Positions 55,690-64,000 of a stretch of 64,000 nt of DNA are shown piece by piece. The notes beneath the pieces were generated by a model. That model had not been told where the DNA came from. It saw nothing but the letters and a program-made list of their open reading frames with translations, and searched no databases. Source of the stretch: Eledone cirrhosa. Lineage: Eukaryota. Position numbers and translations under genes: made by a program. The stretch spans positions 236,344,001 to 236,408,000 of the forward strand of contig OZ024743.1 of assembly GCA_964016885.1 (NCBI GenBank). Reading direction: 5' to 3'. The stretch's first letter is position 1. The number at the start of each line of letters is the position of its first letter.

Positions 55690-57400
55690 ACCCATATTAC
55701 TTCCCATTGAAGTGTATATAGTCTATTCTTAGTTTTCAGAGAGTGTATGTAGCTAGATAAAGAAGTGGAGTTGGCTAGATTGCGATTTTTGAAAGTGTGG
55801 AGATGCGAGTTATATCTCGTCTTGAAGCAGTTCGAAGTAGAACTGATATATGTTTTTGAAGTGTTGTTTGTATTGACTGTGCATGAGTAAATGATGTCTT
55901 TGATTAAGCAATTTTTTCCTAAGGGGCAAGTTCTATTTGTTCTACAGTTACAGTTATTCTGGTTGTTTACTTACTGGTTAATAGGGCATGTAGATGCATG
56001 GTTGTTAGGGATAGCATTAGGGTAATGATGATTATCATTCTCATTGTTATTAATTTTTCATTAGTGCTATTACTATTATTGCTACTAGAATCCTCTGGTA
56101 CTATGTTGTTATGTAAGTTCACACCCTGTTGCGATTTAATTAGTTGGAAATAATTATTAATCTTCCCTTTATTACTACTAGCTATATGGTACGCGATGTT
56201 AGGGTGTGGTAGAGTAAGAGATTTTAATGATATTTTTATTGATAAGATTATGGTATTTGTGGCCGGCTGGGAAGTTTTTTCTAAGATTGAGAATAAAGCC
56301 TTAGGCAAGTTGGTAGAGACGTTTAGATTGAAAGGGGGATTGAAAAATGTATTAGTTCTTCTATTTTTGCTTTTTGTAATGTTATTTGAGGTATTGTTTA
56401 TATTTCTGTTTATATTATTGGGGTGTTTATTCTGGTGCGAGTTAAGTTTGATATTACCCTTCGTACTAGAGTTAGAGTGGCTAGTATTTTTATTATTATT
56501 CCTCATGGCCATATTGTGAGAAATAATGTTGTAACTATGTGATTTTATAGGTAAAAATCTTATTTCATTTTTATGGCCTGATCGAGCTAAGGGCTCATTA
56601 TAGTATTTGGAATTACTGTTAAATATAGTTTCATTATATGATAGAGTAGAAATTCTATTTGATATTCCTTTAGTAATTGAGTTTAATATAGATTTAGTGT
56701 GGTTAGAGTTGGTATCTACATAAAGTAGTTTTTCGTTTGGTTTATGAAAGGGTGTATATATTTTAGAGTCCAGGCAAAGTGTAGCATCAAGGAAGTTAAC
56801 TTTTTTAGTGTTTTATCTAAGGTAATACTTAAGTTGAAGTTTTTAAAAAATTTATGTAATTGTTTCCTAGTTCTTTCTATATTAAATTTGTTATAGTCAA
56901 TAAGTAGTAGTGCATCATCGCGGTATAAATCACCATTGAGGTAGGGCGGATTCTTAGGAATTTCAGTGACCTGCGCCGAGTCACTAGATCCCATAGTTAT
57001 GTCAAAGTTGTTAGGTGTATCCTTGCGGGTCCATAATTGATCTTCAAATACAAATATGGTTTTATGGATCGCAAAGATGACATCAATTTGGGATCTAGTA
57101 AGGTCACTATTGTTCATTGCCATAATTAATGCCTTGTTTAATAGGAGAAATAGAGGTGTAGTACGAATTAATATCAAATTGTATAATTTTTTTTTATTCT
57201 CATTAATATCATTGAACCATTCAATAACTTCACCAGTATTTCCCCACAGGTTAAGATATATTTTGTGCTTAAATTGGGGAATGATTCTGTCTAATATTTT
57301 TTTGCTGATAATTCCAATGTCAGATTTGGAAGGGCAAATTAGTCTTATAGATGGGTTACTATTAAAGTCTTCCTTATGGTCTTTTAGAAGGAATCTTGGG
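55690..57400 (-). pseudogene. Naiad-type Penelope-like RT + GIY-YIG ORF, frameshifted and truncated
   Basis: RT: FDITMGSSDSAQV and LYRDDALL. Thumb/linker: FFNPPFNLNVSTN. 55960-55700(-) translates [53 protein letters not shown]. Confidence 0.88.
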
Positions 57401-57975
57401 GGGGGGGGGTTGGCTGTGTATATCTCTGAAGTCCTAATTTACATACTATACTATGGCCTTATATATTTATATCTTCTAGATTTTTAATAGTGGTTTTCTT
57501 ATAGCTCCTATTCAGTTCTTTATATATAAATTTTCTATATGTATCGTAATCTAGGCTATATATATTATTAGTTTTATCATAGAAACTGCTTTTCATACCC
57601 AAGCATCTCTGTCTGCTTAATATGCTTTTATACCTGTATTGTATTTATGTAATCCCTTTGCCATACTGTGATATATATGCTTAGTACCATTGCTTGTTTC
57701 TTACCTGGTTATTCTGTACATGCCTAACACATCTGCACTCTTTCTATACGCTTGCATATGTACTGCTAATGTTCTCGTTTTGCGAGTAACTTTCTTCTTT
57801 AATTCCTCTATAATTGTTATATTATTCTTTTATAATCTTTGTCGCATCCACTGATACTGACCACATCATCTTCACTCTTTAAATATGACACTGTTAATGA
57901 CAACACTAACATCTAAGTATATTTACGATTGTTCTGTGGAATAGGGAGTTAATTATATGTCTATAACTTTGCTAG

Positions 57976-58022
57976 TGCTCCGATGATTCCAAACGAAAGT
58001 TTAGAAGAAACGATTGTCAGCA
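57976..58022 (+). ncRNA. Hammerhead ribozyme, U4C variant
   Basis: tgct-CCGATGA-ttccaaac(gaaa)gtttagaa-GAAA-CGATTG-TC-agca, followed by AATAAA and (TA)n. Confidence 0.77.
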
Positions 58023-58056
58023 ATAAAATGTTTTGAACATAGTTTTGATTATTCTG

Positions 58057-58155
<99 letters not shown>

Positions 58156-58171
58156 ATATATATATTATATA

Positions 58172-58232
58172 GAAATGGTTTCTACAGGACTAGAACTGTT
58201 TCATTCGGGTGAAATCATCAGGAAGCCCATTC
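58172..58232 (-). ncRNA. Type I hammerhead ribozyme (same family as 55306)
   Basis: atgggcttc-CTGATGA-t-ttc(accc)gaa-t-GAAA-CAG(ttctagtc)CTG-TA-gaaaccat. Confidence 0.8.
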
Positions 58233-58351
58233 TATATTAAATATTTATACTCTACTATGTATTGAGTACTTACTGTGGTTACCCCCGAATTGAACCCGGG
58301 ATAAACTTGTATATATATTAGTTATGTAATAAACAACATAAGATAATTATT

Positions 58352-58410
58352 TCATTTACCAGTGGTTTCTTGAAGGCAGATGTTGTGTCTGTCTTCAGTC
58401 GTCAGAATGA
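58352..58410 (-). ncRNA. Type I hammerhead ribozyme
   Basis: tcatt-CTGACGA-c-tgaagacaga(cacaaca)tctgccttca-a-GAAA-CCA(c)TGG-TA-aatga. Confidence 0.83.
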
Positions 58411-58435
58411 ATAAATAACATGGGGCTTTTATTAA

Positions 58436-59002
58436 ATAAGGATTTGAAAACAAAATTTGGGAAATATGAAAGTGAGGCTGAAAAAAAACCGGTGAAAAGG
58501 AAATAGGGAAAAAAATTATAAAAAATATGTATATAAAAAAATAAATATCCAGAACATAAACATACATACACTCAACTACGCGCATATACGTAATAGTACG
58601 TAGACGTATACTTTCTCACATAAGCGTACTTTTTTGTTTTTGTTTTTTGTGTTTTTGTGTTTATATGTATGTATGTTTATATGTGTGTGTACACCCCTTT
58701 TTTATGTGTGTGTGTGTATTTGCGTGTACATTTTTGAGTGCATATATATCTGTGTATATGTATCTGTATGTATTTATGTTCCTGTTCGTATTTCTATGTA
58801 GACGCAAATACGCTTATGTGAGAAAGTATACGTCTACGTACTATTACGTATAAGCGCGTGGTTGAGTGTGTGTATGTTTATGTTCTGGATATTTATTTTT
58901 ATATATATATATTTTTTATAATTTGTTTTCCCCTATTTCCTTTTCGCCGATTTTTTTTAGCCTCACTTTCATATTTCCTAAATTTTGTTTTCAAATCCAT
59001 AT
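58436..59002. repeat. Inverted repeat (~190-bp arms), right arm cut by the gap
   Basis: 58436-58629 mirrors 58809-59002. Confidence 0.85.
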
Positions 59003-59202
59003 NNNNNNNNNNNNNNNNNNNNNNNNNNNNNNNNNNNNNNNNNNNNNNNNNNNNNNNNNNNNNNNNNNNNNNNNNNNNNNNNNNNNNNNNNNNNNNNNNN
59101 NNNNNNNNNNNNNNNNNNNNNNNNNNNNNNNNNNNNNNNNNNNNNNNNNNNNNNNNNNNNNNNNNNNNNNNNNNNNNNNNNNNNNNNNNNNNNNNNNNNN
59201 NN
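59003..59202. other. Assembly gap (200 N)
   Basis: Run of N. Confidence 1.
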
Positions 59203-59214
59203 TAGATAAGTAGA

Positions 59215-59431
59215 TAGATATATTTCTTTATTTGCCACAAGGGCGTACAAGAAAAGGGGACAATACAAAGACATATGACGGGGATTGTACATACAAACGT
59301 GTAAAAAAAAATGTTTAACAAACAAATATAACAATCGAAATCCTCAATAGGGGGAGGCGTTACAAATGGGTTGTTTTTACCCTGTAGATAGAACAACCCT
59401 CAACTCCAGGAGCGTGTTGTGCAAGTGCTCC
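59215..59431 (-). mobile_element. Heavily 5'-truncated Tx1 (3' UTR only, copy A family)
   Basis: Matches 883-1092 by eye. Flanked by TAGA repeats and (TAGG)n at 59432-59612. Confidence 0.88.
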
Positions 59432-60769
59432 TAGGTGGGTAGGTTGGTTGGTTGGTAGGTAGGTAGGTAGGTAGGTAGGTAGGTAGGTAGGTAGGTAGGT
59501 AGGTAGGTAGGTAGGTAGGTAGGTAGGGAGGTGGGTAGGTAGATAGGTAGATAGGTAGGTAGGTAGGGAGGTGGGTAGATAGGGAGGTGGGTAGGTAGGT
59601 GGGTGGGTAGGTATATATATGTGTACATATATGTGTGTGTGGTATATACACACACACACACACACACACATATACATATACATATGTGTGTGTAGAGAGA
59701 GGGGGATTGAGAGAGAGATAGGAGGGTGGAGAGATGTATTTTCGGAGTGTCCTGCTGCCAATTAAATCCCAAATCCCACGGATTGACCCGGTTCTATTTT
59801 AGTTTTATTATTAATCAGATAATTAATCCATCAATAAATTGATAATTCAACGAATTAATTGTGAGACTTATCAATCATAGCCCTTCTCCCCTCCTCATTC
59901 AAATATCTGATGATAGGACTTGAACCCCTTCAATTGAAACACTGAAGAAACCTCATACGAGATTCAATCGTGTCGAAGATCAGCTAAACCTACAATGGGA
60001 GCAGTAGCAACAAGAAGATAAAGATAGAAAGTTCTTAACTCTTGATTGTGTCGTAGAGGCACCCTCCTTACACACGGGGTGTCAGGAGGCATTTTATAGC
60101 AGAGCCCCTCACTTTCCGGGTCGTAACACAGCCGACGTCTTCCACAGAAGAGATATAAAAGAAAAATTAGGCCTTGTACTATATTGATGTTTTATCGACC
60201 TCGAGAGTATGAAAGGCAAAGTTCACCTGGGTGGGTTTTGAACTCAGAACGTAGCTGTGCCTGAACCAATACCCAACCATTTTTAATCCAATGTTCTAAT
60301 CACTCGGCAAAATCACTGCTTTAATAACAAACAACAGAGACAGTTTCGCTATGCCATAAACTAAAGATCTAACATACCAGATATATACTGGGGTTCAATC
60401 TAATCAAGTATACCTTCCCACAATGTGTGGCATTTTGCCCGGGCCAAAAATTAACAATAAATTTGAGGGTTTTACCAACGAAACTGGATTTGCTAATCAA
60501 ATAATTATCAATGTTTCATATAGGAGAGTTTTATAAATCGTTTCATTACGTTCTTAATCTGAAATTTAGGAGATTCTAATTATAAAATCAATTTCCCTGT
60601 ATTTATAATAGATTCCTATGCAATATAATTATACACAGCTCCATATTTCCTCGTCTTACAATCGACTCTTCTGCAATACTAAATGAAAAGTCTATTTGAT
60701 AGATTCATCTCATATATAAGATATAAATTGATTTCCGAAATACCATATTAGTGTTCTAGTTTTAGCTCA

Positions 60770-63700
60770 GCACATCAGCACATCAACACCATTCCATATC
60801 TCAACGCATCAACACATCAACACCATTCTATATCTCAATACATCAACACATCAACACTATTCTATATCTAAACACATCAACACATCAACACCAATCTATA
60901 TCTCAACACATCAACACATCAACACCAATCTTTATCTCACACATCAACACATCAAAACCACTCTTTATCTCAACACATCAACACCATTCTATATCTCAAC
61001 ACAGCAACGCATCAACACATCAACACCAATCTATATCTCAACACATCAACACATCAACACCATTCTTTATCTCAACACATCAACACATCAACACCAATAT
61101 GTATCTCAACACATCAACACTAATCTTTATCTCTATATATCAACACCATTCTTTATCTCAACAGATCAACACATCAACACCATTCTTTATCTCAACACAT
61201 CAACACATCAACACCAATATGTATCTCAACACATCAACATTATTCTTTATCTCAACACATCAACAGCAATCTTTATCTCAACACATCAACACCAATCTTT
61301 ATCTCAACACATCAACACATCAACACCAATCTGTATCTCAACACATCAACACTATTCCTTATCTCAACACATCAACAGCAATCTTTATCTCAACACATCA
61401 ACACATCAACACCACTCTTTATCTCAACACATCAACACCATTCTATATTTGAACACATCAACACATCAACACATCAACTCCAATCTATATCTCAACACAT
61501 CAACACATCAACACCAATCTTTATCTCAACACATCAACACATCAACACCATTCTTTATCTCAACACATCAACACATCAACACCAATCTTTATCTCAACAC
61601 ATCAACACATCAACACCAATCTGTATCTCAACACATCAACACATCAACACCAATCTGTATCTCAACACATCAACACTATTCTTTATCTCAACACATCAAC
61701 ACCAATCTTTATCTCAACACATCAACACCAATCTTTATCTCAACACATCAACACATCAACACCAATCTGTATCTCAACACATCAACACTATTCCTTATCT
61801 CAACGCATCAACAGCAATCTTTATCTCAACACATCAACACCACTCTTTATCTCAACACATCAACACCATTCTATATCTGAACACATCAACACATCAACAC
61901 ATCAACTCCAATCTATATCTCAACACATCAACACATCAACACCAATCTTTATCTCAACACATCAACACATCAAAACCACTCTTTATCTCAACACATCAAC
62001 ACCATTCTATATCTCAACACATCAACACATCAACACATCAACACCAATCTATATCTCAAGACATCAACACATCAACACCAATCTTTATCTCAACACATCA
62101 ACACATCAACACCATTCTTTATCTCAACACATCAACACATCAACACCAATCTTTATCTCAACACATCAACACATCAACACCAATCTGTATCTCAACACAT
62201 CAACACATCAACTCCAATCTGTATCTCAACACATCAACACTATTCTTTATCTCAACACATCAACACCAATCTTTATCTCAACACATCAACACATCAAAAC
62301 CACTCTTTATCTCAACACATCAACACCATTCTATATCTCAACACATCAACACATCAACACATCAACACCAATCTATATCTCAAGACATCAACACATCAAC
62401 ACCAATCTTTATCTCAACACATCAACACATCAACACCATTCTTTATCTCAACACATCAACACATCAACACCAATCTTTATCTCAACACATCAACACATCA
62501 ACACCAATCTGTATCTCAACACATCAACACATCAACACCAATCTGTATCTCAACACATCAACACTATTCTTTATCTCAACACATCAACACCAATCTTTAT
62601 CTCAACACATCAACACCAATCTTTATCTCAACACATCAACACATCAACACCAATCTGTATCTCAACACATCAACACTATTCCTTATCTCAACACATCAAC
62701 AGCAATCTTTATCTCAACACATCAACACATCAACACCACTCTTTATCTCAACACATCAACACCATTCTATATCTGAACACATCAACACATCAACACATCA
62801 ACTCCAATCTATATCTCAACACATCAACACATCAACACCAATCTGTATCTCAACACATCAACACTATTCCTTATCTCAACACATCAACAGCAATCTTTAT
62901 CTCAACACATCAACACATCAACACCACTCTTTATCTCAACACATCAACACCATTCTATATCTGAACACATCAACACATCAACACATCAACTCCAATCTAT
63001 ATCTCAACACATCAACACATCAACACCAATCTTTATCTCAACACATCAACACATCAACACCAATCTGTATCTCAACACATCAACAGCAATCTTTATCTCA
63101 ACACATCAACACATCAACACCACTCTTTATCTCAACACATCAACACATCAACACCAATCTTTATCTCAACACATCAACACCAATCTTTATCTCAACACAT
63201 CAACACCATTCTTTATCTCAACACATCAACACATCAACAGCAATCTTTATCTCAACACATCAACACATCAACACCACTCTTTATCTCAACACATCAACAC
63301 CATTCTATATCTGAACATATCAACACATCAACACATCAACTCCAATCTATATCTCAACACATCAACACATCAACACCAATCTTTATCTCAACACATCAAC
63401 ACCATTCTTTATCTCAACACATCAACACATCAACACCATTCTTTATCTCAACACATCAAAACATCAACACCAATCTTTATCTCAACACATCAACAACAAT
63501 CTTTATCTCAACACATCAACACCATTCTTTATCTCAACACATCAACACATCAACACCATTCTTTATCACAACACATCAACACATCAACAGCAATCTTTAT
63601 CTCAACACATCAACACCAATCTTTATCTCAACACATCAACACCAATCTTTATCTCAACACATCAACACATCAACACCAATCTGTATCTCAACACATCAAC

Positions 63701-64000
63701 ACTATTCCTTATCTCAACACATCAACAGCAATCTTCATCTCAACACGTCAACACATCAACACCACTATTTATCTCAACACATCAACACCATTCTATATCT
63801 GAACACATCAACACATCAACACATCAACTCCAATCTATATCTCAACACATCAACACATCAACACCAATCTTTATCTCAACACATCAACACCATTCTTTAT
63901 CTCAACACATCAACACATCAACACCAATCTGTATCTCAACACATCAACACTATTCCTTATCTCAACACATCAACAGCAATTTTCATCTCAACACATCAAC
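60770..64000. repeat. Satellite array built from TCAACACA and TCAACACCAATCTTTATC modules, running off the window
   Basis: More than 3.2 kb of tandem variants with higher-order blocks. Confidence 0.96.

Noticed and set aside
59907-59945. CTGATGA-..ttgaa(cccc)ttcaa..-GAAAC
   Set aside because: No helix III/NUH or helix I partner downstream

Overview
This is eukaryotic, repeat-saturated DNA with no host gene that I can support. The AT/TA-microsatellite load and the tRNA-derived SINEs resemble cephalopod (Octopus-like) genomes; that is inference. Bases 0.9-16.9 kb hold three co-oriented, decayed Tx1/L1-clade LINEs, each bounded by (TAGA)n repeats. The rest contains Helitrons (one with a PIF1 helicase fragment), a full-length hAT (Charlie/SPIN-like) transposon, CRE-like endonuclease fragments, SINEs, minisatellites and a 200-N gap. 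The strongest signal not explained by the ORF track is a dense set of type I hammerhead ribozyme (HHR) motifs, more than a dozen read by eye. They sit in Penelope-like element (Naiad- and Neptune-type) ends, in head-to-head palindromes inserted in (TA)n, and in a 594-bp tandem retrozyme-like unit. Several have recurrent non-canonical cores (U3-A8 swap, U4C, A13C). All folds and coordinates were read manually, and ribozyme activity is untested.
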